This document shows, piece by piece, positions 20,050 to 29,264 of a DNA stretch of 64,000 nucleotides. The position numbers and the translations under genes are program-made. Each line of letters starts with the position of its first letter. Within the stretch, counting starts at the first letter, position 1. The notes beneath the pieces were generated by a model that searched no databases, was not told where the DNA came from, and worked only from the letters and a program-made list of their open reading frames with translations. The stretch lies in assembly GCA_965216915.1 (NCBI GenBank), contig CBDCGS010000007.1, positions 21,378 to 85,377 of the forward strand. Reading direction: 5' to 3'. The DNA comes from Alphaproteobacteria bacterium (lineage in GTDB: Bacteria > Pseudomonadota > Alphaproteobacteria > UBA828).

Positions 20050-21420
20050 CTACTCGGCCGCCTCGGCCTCGAACTCGGGCGCGGGATCATACATCGTGAC
20101 AAATTCCTCCGACGATGTGGGGTGCACGGCCACCGTCGCGTCGAATTGCGCCTTCGTCGCGCCGGCCTTGATGGCGACGCCGAGGAGCTGCACGAGCTCG
20201 CCCGCACCGCTGCCGACCATGTGGCACCCGACCACCCGATCGCTGTCTCGATCCACGACCAGCTTCATGAAAACGGTCTCCGCGCGTCCGGTGATGGTGT
20301 GCTTGAGCGGCCGAAATCGGGTCTTGTAGATGTCGACGGAGCGGTAGGCGCGCCGGGCATCCTCCTCGGCGAGGCCCACGGTCCCCACCTCGGGCTGCGT
20401 GAAGACGGCGGTGGCGACGTCCCGGTGGTCCGGATCCTGGGGATTGTCGTTGTAGAGCGTCTCGGCGAGGCACCGGCCCTCGTGGATGGCAACGGGCGTG
20501 AGGTTGATTCGGTCCGTGACGTCACCCACCGCATAGATGTTCGACACATCCGTCCGCGAGGACGCATCGACCTGGATCGCGCCCTTGTGGTTCAGCTTGA
20601 CGCCGACCTCGGTCAAGCCGATCCCGTCGGTGCGAGGCGCGCGCCCGGTTGCGAAAAGCACCTCGTCGACCTCGATGACATCGCCATGGGTCGTGGCCAC
20701 CGCGACACCCTCGCCGGCGCGCGCCAGGGAGACGGCGTTCGTGTTGAGCCTCACATCCACGCCCGCCTTGCGCATCTCGTCGCACAGGACCTCGCGCACA
20801 TCCATGTCGAACCCACGCAGGATCATGTCCGAGCGGTAGAGCTGAACCACTTCGACGCCGAGGCCGTTCAGGATGCAGGCGAACTCGCAGGCGATGTAGG
20901 CCCCGCCGACGACGACGACCCGCGGCGGAAGCGTGGGCAGATCGAAGATCTCGTTCGACGTGATCCCAAGCTCTATCCCCGGAATATCCGGCAGGGTCGG
21001 CCAGCCGCCCGTTGCAATCAAGATGGTCTCGGCGGTGTAGTGCCGGTCGCCGACGGCCACCGTGTTGCGGTCGACCAGGCGCCCCGTTCCCTCGATCTCG
21101 GTCACCCCGGAATCGCTCAACAGCCGCCGGTAGATTCCCTCGAGACGGTCGAGCTCCTTGCTCTTCGCCGCAACCATGGCCGACCAGTCGAAGCTCTGCG
21201 GGCCCACCGACCAGCCATAGGCCTCGGCATCCTGAAAGTCGTGACTGAAGTGGGACGCGTAGACCAGGAATTTTTTCGGAATGCAGCCGCGGTGAACGCA
21301 GGTTCCGCCAAGCTTGCTGTGCTCGACCAAGGCGACGCGTGCGCCGTAGGAGGCCGCACGCCGCGCGCACGCAACGCCGCCGGAGCCCCCTCCGATCACA
21401 AAGAGGTCAAGATCCGCCAT
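20050..21420 (-). CDS. gor: glutathione-disulfide reductase
   Basis: ORF 20050..21651(-) trimmed to ATG 21418-21420 (MADLDLFVIGGGSGG). Redox-active GGTCVHRGCIPKK. Confidence 0.9.
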   Translation of the reverse strand: MADLDLFVIGGGSGGVACARRAASYGARVALVEHSKLGGTCVHRGCIPKKFLVYASHFSHDFQDAEAYGWSVGPQSFDWSAMVAAKSKELDRLEGIYRRLLSDSGVTEIEGTGRLVDRNTVAVGDRHYTAETILIATGGWPTLPDIPGIELGITSNEIFDLPTLPPRVVVVGGAYIACEFACILNGLGVEVVQLYRSDMILRGFDMDVREVLCDEMRKAGVDVRLNTNAVSLARAGEGVAVATTHGDVIEVDEVLFATGRAPRTDGIGLTEVGVKLNHKGAIQVDASSRTDVSNIYAVGDVTDRINLTPVAIHEGRCLAETLYNDNPQDPDHRDVATAVFTQPEVGTVGLAEEDARRAYRSVDIYKTRFRPLKHTITGRAETVFMKLVVDRDSDRVVGCHMVGSGAGELVQLLGVAIKAGATKAQFDATVAVHPTSSEEFVTMYDPAPEFEAEAAE

Positions 21421-21499
21421 TGCTCGTCTCCCGCTGGTCCGGTTGGGTCCGCACGCACAAGGATCATAGTGCGCCATCCTGCCGCAGCAAGACGATGCC

Positions 21500-21725
21500 A
21501 ACGTGCCACGATGAGGTTCGAGAGAGGACGCGCTGACGACCGCGAGCAGCTCCGCTGCCATCTCGGAGATTGTCTCGACGCATGCAACGACGCCCGAAGA
21601 CTGAAGACCCTGAACGGGCTCACACCCTACGAGGCCATCTGACGAGGCCATCTACAGCTCATGGGAAGCCGAACCTCGAACGTTTAGGCTACTTCCTATC
21701 CAGCAAATGACGCGACGAAACACCT
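21500..21725 (+). mobile_element. relic of the 3' end of a DDE (rve/integrase-core type) IS transposase gene
   Basis: The tail of the + frame reads RFERGRADDREQLRCHLGDCLDACNDARRLKTLNGLTPYEAI*. A second frame continues IYSSWEAEPRTFRLLPIQQMTRRNT. This matches the recalled C-terminal consensus ...AYNfarRLKTLkGLTPYEfI...W..EP.RF...PIHQMPGLNT. Frame-broken, with no upstream catalytic domain. Confidence 0.55.
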
Positions 21726-21805
21726 CGCTGGCGTCGGTTCGACGACGAGGGCGTTTTCGGCGGATCGCCCAGCGCGGCGCGGTCGGGCGTGCGGCTCGTC
21801 GAGCT

Positions 21806-21975
21806 GTTAATTAGAGTCATATTGCACCAAAATACGTCAAAATCGTCTCACCGCGCGATGTTAATATAACAAAAGTAATATTCGCAAGGTAGAGGAATTA
21901 AAGGTTGAAGCTAGATCAACCACAGGTTATATTTTTTACCTCATCAGTTGTATGTTAATAGTAGTAAAATCGATG
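21806..21975. other. ~170-bp strongly AT-rich non-coding tract
   Basis: gttaattagagtcatattgcaccaaaatacgtcaaaatcg...gtatgttaatagtagtaaaatcg. No ORF. Contains ATGTTAATA twice (about 21858 and 21951) plus tgttaatta at about 21805. The flanking DNA is GC-rich. Confidence 0.7.
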
Positions 21976-22237
21976 GGATCGCATGGTGATTGCTCGTCCG
22001 CACGAGCGGCCGCGCGGTTGGGGACCGCGGTCGACAGTCGACATCACCCAACGAACACTTGAGCCGTACGCCAGCGGCAGGGCGATGCCTCACCCGCCGA
22101 CGAAGACCATCGCGGGCCTTCGACGTGGGCGCGGCTTGCCTTTTTCGTGTCAGAACCGCAGGCCTTCAAACTGCGGCGGCGCAATAGGTGTGGAGGGGCT
22201 TCGCATTATCGAGGCGCAGGAGGGAACGGACTGCAAC

Positions 22238-22639
22238 ATGATGAAGGACCGTGTGACATTGGACATCCTGCCCGGGACGCTGGCCGAGATCGCCCGGGAG
22301 ACGTCGGTGCCGGTCGCGCTTGCGATCGCCCGCCGATTTGGCGGCACAGACCTCTACGTGCCATTGAACCCGACCGAGCATGATCCTCTCGCCCGCTGTG
22401 TCGGCATCGATGCCGCGAACCGCATCGCCCGTCTCTATGGCGGCGGGCGTGTCGAAATACCCCTCGGCAACACGGCACGACGGGCGGAGCGCAACCGCGC
22501 GATCCGTCGAATGGCCGCGGAGGGGCGCAGCGTGAGCGAGATCGCGCGCCGCTTCGGCATGACCACGCGCAGCATTCGCCGCATCAAGAACGCACGCCGC
22601 GACAAGCATGGCCGGCGCGCACCGCCGCGGCTCCGCTAA
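22238..22639 (+). CDS. Mor (phage Mu middle-operon regulator)-like transcriptional activator
   Basis: ORF 21983..22639(+) trimmed to ATG 22238, preceded by aggaggg. AIARRFGGTDLYVP matches Mu Mor AICKHLGGGQVYIP. C-terminal HTH RSVSEIARRFGMTTRSIRRI. Confidence 0.65.
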   Translation: MMKDRVTLDILPGTLAEIARETSVPVALAIARRFGGTDLYVPLNPTEHDPLARCVGIDAANRIARLYGGGRVEIPLGNTARRAERNRAIRRMAAEGRSVSEIARRFGMTTRSIRRIKNARRDKHGRRAPPRLR

Positions 22640-22778
22640 GCACGACCTTGCCCCCGCGCTGGCCCATCCTGCGGTTCGCCGGCGCGGGGGCGCCGCCGTT
22701 TTCATCCTTGATTAACCCGGTCTCCTCACCCTGACCTCGCGGCGGGCATGTCGCGATTGCGGTTTTGGGGGAGGCGCT

Positions 22779-23687
22779 ATGACGACGAGACGCGGCATCC
22801 TTTTGGCGGGCGGCCATGGCACGCGCCTCGCGCCCCTCACGCGCGGCACGTCCAAGCAGCTGCTGCCGCTGTTCGACAAGCCGATGATCTACTACCCCCT
22901 GACGACACTGATGCGTGCCGGGGTCAGGGAGATTTTGGTGGTGACCGCGGCCGACGCGCTGCCGCGATACCAGGCCCTTCTCGGCGATGGCTCGGCGTTT
23001 GGCATCGAACTTCGCTATGGCCTGCAAGCGGCGCCTCGGGGCATCGCCGAAGCGTTGCTGATCGGCGCGTCCTTCATTGGTGGCATGCCGTGCGTCCTGG
23101 CCCTGGGCGACAACCTGTTTCACGGCCAAAATCTCGACGCGATCATTCGACGCGCGAGCGAGCGCCGCCGCGGTGCGACGATCATCGCGTGTTCCGTCGC
23201 CGAGCCGACGAACTATGGCGTCGTCACATTGGGGGACGACGGAGAGCCGCGCGAGATTGTCGAAAAACCCGTCGCACCGACGTCTGACCTCGCGGTCACC
23301 GGGCTCTATTTCTATGATGACTCAGTCGTCGAGATCGCCCGTGCGCTGCGACCGTCGGCGCGCGGTGAGCTCGAAATCACCGACGTCAACCGCGCCTATC
23401 TCGCGCGCAATCGCCTCACGGTCGAGGTGCTCGATCGCGGTACGACATGGCTCGACGCCGGCACGCCGGAGGCGCTCTTGGCGGCCGCGAATTTCGTGGC
23501 GACCACCGAGCGCCTCAAGGGGCTCAAGATCGGCTGCCCGGAGGCGGTGGCGTGGGAGCAAGGCTGGATCGACGGGTCTGCGCTCGCGCGTCAGGCGGCG
23601 TTGCATGTGGGCACGGCCTATGGCGAGTATCTCTCCCGCATGTTGACGGATGGAGACCTGGTCGAACGCACCGCGGTGAGGGCGTGA
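22779..23687 (+). CDS. rfbA: glucose-1-phosphate thymidylyltransferase
   Basis: ORF 22779..23687(+). GILLAGGHGTRLAPLT...SKQLLPLFDKPMIYYPL is typical RmlA. Confidence 0.95.
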   Translation: MTTRRGILLAGGHGTRLAPLTRGTSKQLLPLFDKPMIYYPLTTLMRAGVREILVVTAADALPRYQALLGDGSAFGIELRYGLQAAPRGIAEALLIGASFIGGMPCVLALGDNLFHGQNLDAIIRRASERRRGATIIACSVAEPTNYGVVTLGDDGEPREIVEKPVAPTSDLAVTGLYFYDDSVVEIARALRPSARGELEITDVNRAYLARNRLTVEVLDRGTTWLDAGTPEALLAAANFVATTERLKGLKIGCPEAVAWEQGWIDGSALARQAALHVGTAYGEYLSRMLTDGDLVERTAVRA

Positions 23688-23692
23688 GCCGG

Positions 23693-23914
23693 TCAGTCTT
23701 GGCTTGCCGCGAAGAACCCAGCAGCCAACGTTGCGAGGATCGCGACGCCGGCGGCGATGATATCGGAATCGAAGATGCCGCTTTCCGAGCGGGCCGCGCG
23801 GTCCGATGGCTCCGGCCCATGGGCGCAACCACCCACCTGGGCGCCGATCAACGCGGCAGCGACCAGGCCCACACACAAACGATAGCGAACACGCACAGAA
23901 GTTTGCCCCGACAC
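23693..23914 (-). CDS. hypothetical small lipoprotein-like membrane protein
   Basis: C-terminal part of ORF 23693..24604(-). GTG 23912-23914 gives VSGQTSVRVRYRLCVGLVAAALIGAQVGGC (a signal plus a lipobox-like sequence) and a C-terminal hydrophobic helix IIAAGVAILATLAAGFFAA. Weak SD. Confidence 0.3.
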   Translation of the reverse strand: MSGQTSVRVRYRLCVGLVAAALIGAQVGGCAHGPEPSDRAARSESGIFDSDIIAAGVAILATLAAGFFAASQD

Positions 23915-23964
23915 CAAGTTCGGGGGCTGTGTTATCGCCAATTGCGGCGCACCGCAAGCGTCGA

Positions 23965-24948
23965 TCAGGCGCCGTGGTAGGCGCGGTACCAGGCCACGAA
24001 GCGGGGTAGCCCCTCCTCGATGGGCGTGCTCGGCTCGAAGCCGTGATCGCGTTGAATCTCCGAGATATCCGCCCAGGTCTCCTTGACGTCGCCGGGCTGC
24101 ATCGGGGCGTGCTCGATGATCGCCTTCTTTCCGATCGCCTCCTCCAGGATCGCGACGTAGCGGGTGAGGTCCTCGGAGCGGCTGTTGCCGAGATTGTAGA
24201 CCTTGTGTGGCACGCGCCCCTCGCCGTTGGCCGGCGGCTTGTCGAGCACCCTGACGACCGTGGGCGCGACGTCTCCGACATAAGTGAAGTCGCGCTTCAT
24301 GTCGCCGGCGTTGAAGAGTTGGATGGGCGTGCCGTCGAAAATCGCCTTCGTGAAGATATAGGCCGCCATATCCGGACGGCCCCAGGGACCGTAGACCGTG
24401 AAGAAGCGCAGCCCGGTCGCCGGCACACCGTATAGATGGCTGTAGACGTGCCCCATCAGCTCGTCCGCTTTCTTGGTCGCGGCGTAGAGCGAAACCGGCT
24501 CGTCGACCCGCGCATCCAAGGAGAACGGAACATCTCGGCAACCGCCATAGACGGAGCTCGAGCTCGCGTAGACGAGGTGGCGCAGATGGGGCAGCGAGCG
24601 GCACAATTCCAAGATCACCACCTGGCCCATCAGGTTGGATTCGACATAGGCGTAAGGGTTGATGAGCGAATAGCGCACGCCCGCCTGGGCGGCGAGATGG
24701 ATGATCCCCGTGATCTCCTCTTGGCGGCCCTCGACCGCGCCGGCGACGGCCGCGCGGTCCGCGATATCGACGCGGGCCAGCGTGAAGCGCTCATCGGCCT
24801 CGAGTTGTGCGAGGCGCGCCTCCTTGAGGGCCACGTCGTAATAGTCGTTGACGTTGTCGAGACCGATAACCGTCTCGTCCCGCGCGAGCAGGGTGTTGAC
24901 GACGTGGAAACCGATGAAGCCCGCGGCGCCGGTCACAATGGTGGTCAT
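23965..24948 (-). CDS. NAD-dependent nucleotide-sugar 4-epimerase (UDP-glucuronate/UDP-GlcNAcA 4-epimerase-like)
   Basis: ORF 23965..24948(-). VTGAAGFIGFH, YDVALKEARLAQL, YAATKKADE (YxxxK). Confidence 0.85.
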   Translation of the reverse strand: MTTIVTGAAGFIGFHVVNTLLARDETVIGLDNVNDYYDVALKEARLAQLEADERFTLARVDIADRAAVAGAVEGRQEEITGIIHLAAQAGVRYSLINPYAYVESNLMGQVVILELCRSLPHLRHLVYASSSSVYGGCRDVPFSLDARVDEPVSLYAATKKADELMGHVYSHLYGVPATGLRFFTVYGPWGRPDMAAYIFTKAIFDGTPIQLFNAGDMKRDFTYVGDVAPTVVRVLDKPPANGEGRVPHKVYNLGNSRSEDLTRYVAILEEAIGKKAIIEHAPMQPGDVKETWADISEIQRDHGFEPSTPIEEGLPRFVAWYRAYHGA

Positions 24949-25073
24949 GGAGACGTTCCTTGGCCTAGGAGGACGGCGTTGTCGCGATCACGGTGCGTTT
25001 TGCCGTCTGCGTATCTGATCCGGTCCACTGTTAACATTTGGTTTTGGCGCGTGGGTCGACCCCGGTCGACGGG

Positions 25074-26072
25074 TTAGTGCATGGCGGCCAAGCGGCACTC
25101 CCAATCATAGGCGGTGCGCACGATCGTCGTGAGGTCATCGTGGCGGGGGTGCCAGTCGATCAAGGATTTCAGGCGCGCGGAGTCCGCGACGAGCGCGGGC
25201 GGGTCGCCGGGGCGACGTCCCGCCACGCGGTGCGGCACCGGGCGTCCGGTCTCCTTCTCGAGCGCGGCGATGACCTCGCGCACCGAGAATCCGCGGCCGT
25301 AACCAAGGTTGAACATCCCCGATTCGCCCTTGTTCCGGAGGCGCTCGAGCATGGCGACATGGGCGGCGGCGAGATCCGACACGTGGATGTAGTCGCGGAT
25401 GCAGGTGCCATCCGGCGTGTCGTAGTCATCGCCGTAGATCTCGAGGGTGTCGCGAAGCCCGAGCGCCGTTTGGCAGGCGACCTTGATGAGGTGGGTCGCC
25501 CGTGGCGTGCACTGACCCGTGCGCATGGCACGGTCGGCCCCGGCGACGTTGAAATAGCGGAGCGCGGCGTAGTTGAGAGCGCCGGTCGCTCCGACGTCAC
25601 GCAGAAAATGCTCCGTCATCAGCTTCGATCGACCGTAGGGGCTGATCGGGCGGGTGGGCGCCTTTTCGTCGACCGGATTGGCGTCCGGAATCCCGTAGAC
25701 GGCCGCAGTAGACGAGAAGACGAAATGCCGCACGCCGGCGGTGACGCTCGCGTCGATGAGGGCGAGGCTGACGCCAGTGTTGTTCTGGTAGTATTTGAGC
25801 GGATTCGCCACCGATTCATCGACGACGGTGGAACCCGCGAAATGGATGACGGCGTCAATCTCGTGCTCGGCGAAGACACTCTCCAGCAAGGCGCGATCAC
25901 CGGCATTGCCTTCGATCAGGCGGGTATCGGCGTCCAAGGCGTCGCGCCGTCCGGTCGACAGGTCGTCGATCACGACGACGTTCCATCCGCCTTCGCGCAA
26001 CGCCAACACTGTGTGGCTACCGATATAGCCGGCGCCGCCGGTGACCAGCACGCCGCTTTCAGTGGATGACAT
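25074..26072 (-). CDS. galE: UDP-glucose 4-epimerase
   Basis: ORF 25074..26084(-) trimmed to ATG 26070-26072. VTGGAGYIGSH, SPYGRSK, DGTCIRDYIHVSDLA. Confidence 0.9.
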   Translation of the reverse strand: MSSTESGVLVTGGAGYIGSHTVLALREGGWNVVVIDDLSTGRRDALDADTRLIEGNAGDRALLESVFAEHEIDAVIHFAGSTVVDESVANPLKYYQNNTGVSLALIDASVTAGVRHFVFSSTAAVYGIPDANPVDEKAPTRPISPYGRSKLMTEHFLRDVGATGALNYAALRYFNVAGADRAMRTGQCTPRATHLIKVACQTALGLRDTLEIYGDDYDTPDGTCIRDYIHVSDLAAAHVAMLERLRNKGESGMFNLGYGRGFSVREVIAALEKETGRPVPHRVAGRRPGDPPALVADSARLKSLIDWHPRHDDLTTIVRTAYDWECRLAAMH

Positions 26073-26296
26073 GGCTTTTCGCAACCAAACTGCTAGGTGG
26101 GTGTCGTAGACTCTTGCTCGTGCGTGGTTTACCCGGCGTTAAAGCGCTTGTGGTCAGGTCGCGCCTGGACACTATGGTGTCATCGGATGTTGGTTTGACA
26201 AAGGCTCGCGTTTAGGCGACGGAGCCTTTGCGGACTGCGCCGCGACGCCCGTTCCACCCTCTGGCGTCATGCTCCCATTGAACGAGACAGCCTATC

Positions 26297-27556
26297 ATGC
26301 GCATTGCGGTCATCGGTCTTGGCTATGTCGGGCTTCCGCTCGCGGTTTCACTCAGCCATCACTACGACACGGTCGGCTACGATATCAGCCGGCCCCGGGT
26401 TGATGAGCTTCTGGCGGGCGAGGATCGCACCGACGAGGTCTCGCGCGACCGACTCGACGAAGCGCCGCTGCGCCTCACGGCAGATGCGACCGATATCAAG
26501 GGCGCGGATGTCTTCATCGTGACGGTTCCGACGCCGGTCGATGACGAAAAGCGCCCCGATCTCGGCGCGGTCGTGTCGGCCTCGCGCACGGTCGGCGCGC
26601 AGCTCGCGCCGGGTGCGGTCGTCGTCTACGAGAGCACGGTTTGGCCCGGCGTGACCGAGGAGGTTTGCGGTCCCGAGCTGGAGCAAGCCTCGGGCCTGAC
26701 GCGGGGCAAGGATTTTTTCCTGGGCTACTCGCCCGAGCGGATGAACCCCGGTGATCGCGAGCACACGGTGGAGCGCATCACCAAGGTCGTCGCAGCGGAG
26801 ACGCCCGAGATCGCCGAGCGCCTCGCCGCCCTCTATGGGGTCGTGAACCAGGGCAATACCTACATCGCGCGCGACATTCGCACCGCCGAGGCCGCCAAGG
26901 TGATCGAAAACGCCCAGCGCGATATCAACATCGCGTTTATCAACGAGATCGCCCAGATCTTCGCCAAGATGGGGATCTCCACCTATGACGTGCTGGCCGC
27001 GGCGCGCACCAAGTGGAACTTCCTGGACTTCGAGCCCGGATTGGTCGGCGGCCACTGCATCGGTGTCGATCCCTACTATTTGGCCCACCGTGCGGTCGAG
27101 ATCGGGCACCATCCGGAGATTGTTCTCGCCGGGCGCCGCATCAACGATTCGATGGGCCCCTTCATCGCCGACGCCGTTGCCGCAAAGCTCGACGGCGTTG
27201 CCGGGCCGGTGCTGGTGCTCGGCCTCACCTTCAAGGAGAACGTGCCGGACCTTCGCAACACCCGCGTCGTCGACATCGTCGAAGCCCTGGTTGCGCATGG
27301 CCGCGAGGTCGAGGTCCACGATCCTTATGCGGACAGCGCGGAAGCGAAGGCGCTCTATGGCATCGAGCTCAAGCCCGGGCTGAATGGCCGCGACCGCTAT
27401 GCCGCCGTCATCGGTGCCGTGTCGCACAAACCCTATTGCGCGTTCACCACCGAGACCTTTGCGTCGCTCGTGGAGCCGGGCGGACTCGTCGCCGACGTCA
27501 AGAACATGTGGCACGACGTCGCGCTCCCGGAGGGCCTGCAGCGCTGGACCCTCTAG
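26297..27556 (+). CDS. nucleotide-sugar 6-dehydrogenase (TviB/WbpO-like UDP-N-acetyl-hexosamine dehydrogenase family)
   Basis: ORF 26297..27556(+). IAVIGLGYVGLPLA, catalytic GGHCIGVDP. Confidence 0.9.
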   Translation: MRIAVIGLGYVGLPLAVSLSHHYDTVGYDISRPRVDELLAGEDRTDEVSRDRLDEAPLRLTADATDIKGADVFIVTVPTPVDDEKRPDLGAVVSASRTVGAQLAPGAVVVYESTVWPGVTEEVCGPELEQASGLTRGKDFFLGYSPERMNPGDREHTVERITKVVAAETPEIAERLAALYGVVNQGNTYIARDIRTAEAAKVIENAQRDINIAFINEIAQIFAKMGISTYDVLAAARTKWNFLDFEPGLVGGHCIGVDPYYLAHRAVEIGHHPEIVLAGRRINDSMGPFIADAVAAKLDGVAGPVLVLGLTFKENVPDLRNTRVVDIVEALVAHGREVEVHDPYADSAEAKALYGIELKPGLNGRDRYAAVIGAVSHKPYCAFTTETFASLVEPGGLVADVKNMWHDVALPEGLQRWTL

Positions 27557-27603
27557 GCGCGGCCCACGGCCGCGCACCATTCAATTCGCGGCGCTGCGCC
27601 GCG
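27557..27603. terminator. two GC-rich hairpins between convergent genes (possible bidirectional terminator)
   Basis: gcgcggcc-cac-ggccgcgc (27557-27575) and cgcggcg-ctg-cgccgcg (27587-27603). No clear T-tract. Confidence 0.3.
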
Positions 27604-27635
27604 TGCTATTCAATCGCGGCGTCGGGCTGCGCGGG

Positions 27636-29264
27636 CTATTCCGCGGCTGCCTGGCCTCTGGTCGCGGTGCGCAGCTGCATGCGCCACTGATCGACCGTCT
27701 GCTCCACGAGCCCGATCGGCGCATCCTCACGCTTCCAACGGCGCGCGAATTCGGCGTTGCCGCCCTTCGGTCGGTGCGCCTCCGCGAGATCGTCGAAGCG
27801 CAGCCGCAAGGGCAGCACGACGCCTTCGCCGACGGCGATGGCCTCCTGCGTGCGAAGCGACGGCAGCGCGTTCAGCAGTCCGAGCGCGGCCTCGGGCAGC
27901 GCGCGACGCACCACCTCCTGGTCCCGCTCGTTGCTCATGCGAAGGGCGAAGAGCGTGCTGCATTGAGAGAGGATGTTGGGCGAGAGCTCCGACGGCCGTT
28001 GGCTGACAAGGCAAAGCGAGACGCCGTATTTGCGGCCTTCCATGGCCATGCGGGCGATCGCCTTGCGCGTGGGGCCGAAACCCATGCTCGGGTCGTGCGG
28101 CACGTAACGGTGCGCCTCCTCGCAAACAAGTAGAACCGGAAGGGCGCGCGCCGGGACGCTCCAAAGCGCGAAATCGAAGATCAGCCGGCACATCACGGAG
28201 ACGGCGACATCGACAATCTCCGACGGCACGCCGGAGAGGTCGAAAATCGTGATCGGCCGACCCTTCACGGGGATGCTGAGGATGCGCGAGACGATCTCGG
28301 TCAGCGAATCGCGCACGACCAGGCCCGAGAACATGAAAGCGTAGCGCCGGTCCGCGCGAAGGTTCTCGAGACGCGCTTTCAGCCTAAGATAGGGCGCCGT
28401 GCTCTCGGGGTTGTCGAGATGCCCCATTTGGTGGCTGATCTCCTTGACGAGTTCGCTCAGGCTGTAGGGAACCGGTGTGTCAACGGTGATGTAGTCGGTG
28501 GCCGGCCCTTCGCCGGCGAACTTCTTCTTGGATGCCACGATAGCTTGTTTGAGGATGCCCGCTTGGACCTCACTGTCGGTCCGCCGCCCAATCATCACCT
28601 CGACCATCTCCTCGAAGTTGAGGAGCCAGTAAGGAAGCTGAAGATTGTCGGGATTGAGCACATCGGCGATTTCGCCGAACGCTTGCGTGTACTCGTTGTG
28701 CGGATCGAGCATCACGACATGGCCGTTCTCATACTCCTCGAGGAGAGAACGGAGGATGAGCGCCGTGGCGCAGGATTTGCCCGAGCCCGTCGAGCCAACG
28801 ACCGCGAAATGCTTGCCGAGCAAATCGTCCGTGGTCAGAAAGACCGGCCGCTCGTTGGTTGGATGCACCGTACCGATCCGCACGCAGGCGCGTTCCGGGT
28901 GGGCGAAGATGCGCGCAAGCTCGTCCGGCGCGGCGGGGTAGATCTCCTGATCGAGAACGGGGTAGTCCGCCACGCCGCGCTGGAACCCCAGGCCTTCGGT
29001 GTTGCCGTTGACGATGGGGATCTCGCCGATCAGCTCGACGGAGAAACGATGCGGCGCTTTATCGCCAATCGTGCCCGTCGGGTCGGTCACCGCCATGTCA
29101 CTGATCGATCCGAACACGAGCGCATTGGGGGTGGCGACCTTGATGATCGCGCCAATGCACAGGTTGAAGCCTTCCAGCTCGTGCTCCTCGTGATGAAAGA
29201 GCCCCACGACTTTGGCGCCGTCAACGGCGGTGACATGACCGATCGCTTTGGGTTGTGTGCCCAT
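27636..29264 (-). CDS. HerA-like (DUF87) ATPase/helicase
   Basis: ORF 27636..29324(-) trimmed to ATG 29262-29264. N-terminal HAS-barrel-like IGHVTAVDGAKVVGLF...GAIIKV, Walker A GSTGSGKS, Walker B LLVCEEAH, QRPSEL. Confidence 0.85.
   Translation of the reverse strand: MGTQPKAIGHVTAVDGAKVVGLFHHEEHELEGFNLCIGAIIKVATPNALVFGSISDMAVTDPTGTIGDKAPHRFSVELIGEIPIVNGNTEGLGFQRGVADYPVLDQEIYPAAPDELARIFAHPERACVRIGTVHPTNERPVFLTTDDLLGKHFAVVGSTGSGKSCATALILRSLLEEYENGHVVMLDPHNEYTQAFGEIADVLNPDNLQLPYWLLNFEEMVEVMIGRRTDSEVQAGILKQAIVASKKKFAGEGPATDYITVDTPVPYSLSELVKEISHQMGHLDNPESTAPYLRLKARLENLRADRRYAFMFSGLVVRDSLTEIVSRILSIPVKGRPITIFDLSGVPSEIVDVAVSVMCRLIFDFALWSVPARALPVLLVCEEAHRYVPHDPSMGFGPTRKAIARMAMEGRKYGVSLCLVSQRPSELSPNILSQCSTLFALRMSNERDQEVVRRALPEAALGLLNALPSLRTQEAIAVGEGVVLPLRLRFDDLAEAHRPKGGNAEFARRWKREDAPIGLVEQTVDQWRMQLRTATRGQAAAE

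Noticed and set aside
21983-22639. A prophage, on the basis of the Mor-like gene.
   Set aside because: No capsid, tail, transposase A/B, lysis or other phage genes are nearby. The longer 218-aa ORF version has an Arg/Pro-rich N-terminus and no SD, so I used the internal start.
23693-24604. 303-aa minus-strand ORF.
   Set aside because: Most of it overlaps the epimerase gene 23965..24948 in another frame. Only the 3' ~73 codons, outside that gene, were kept as a low-confidence small lipoprotein.
26199-26230. Hairpin caaaggctc-(14 nt)-gagcctttg in the galE/dehydrogenase divergent spacer.
   Set aside because: It is an isolated stem with no recognisable riboswitch or terminator features, and evidence for a function is insufficient.
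27576-27650. Three imperfect direct repeats (c)tattcaa(t)tcgcggcg, spaced about 30 nt apart. Considered as a mini CRISPR-like or iteron array.
   Set aside because: There are only about 3 short, degenerate units in a 3' intergenic spacer that overlaps GC hairpins. No cas genes are present and the spacers are not unique, so this is not CRISPR.
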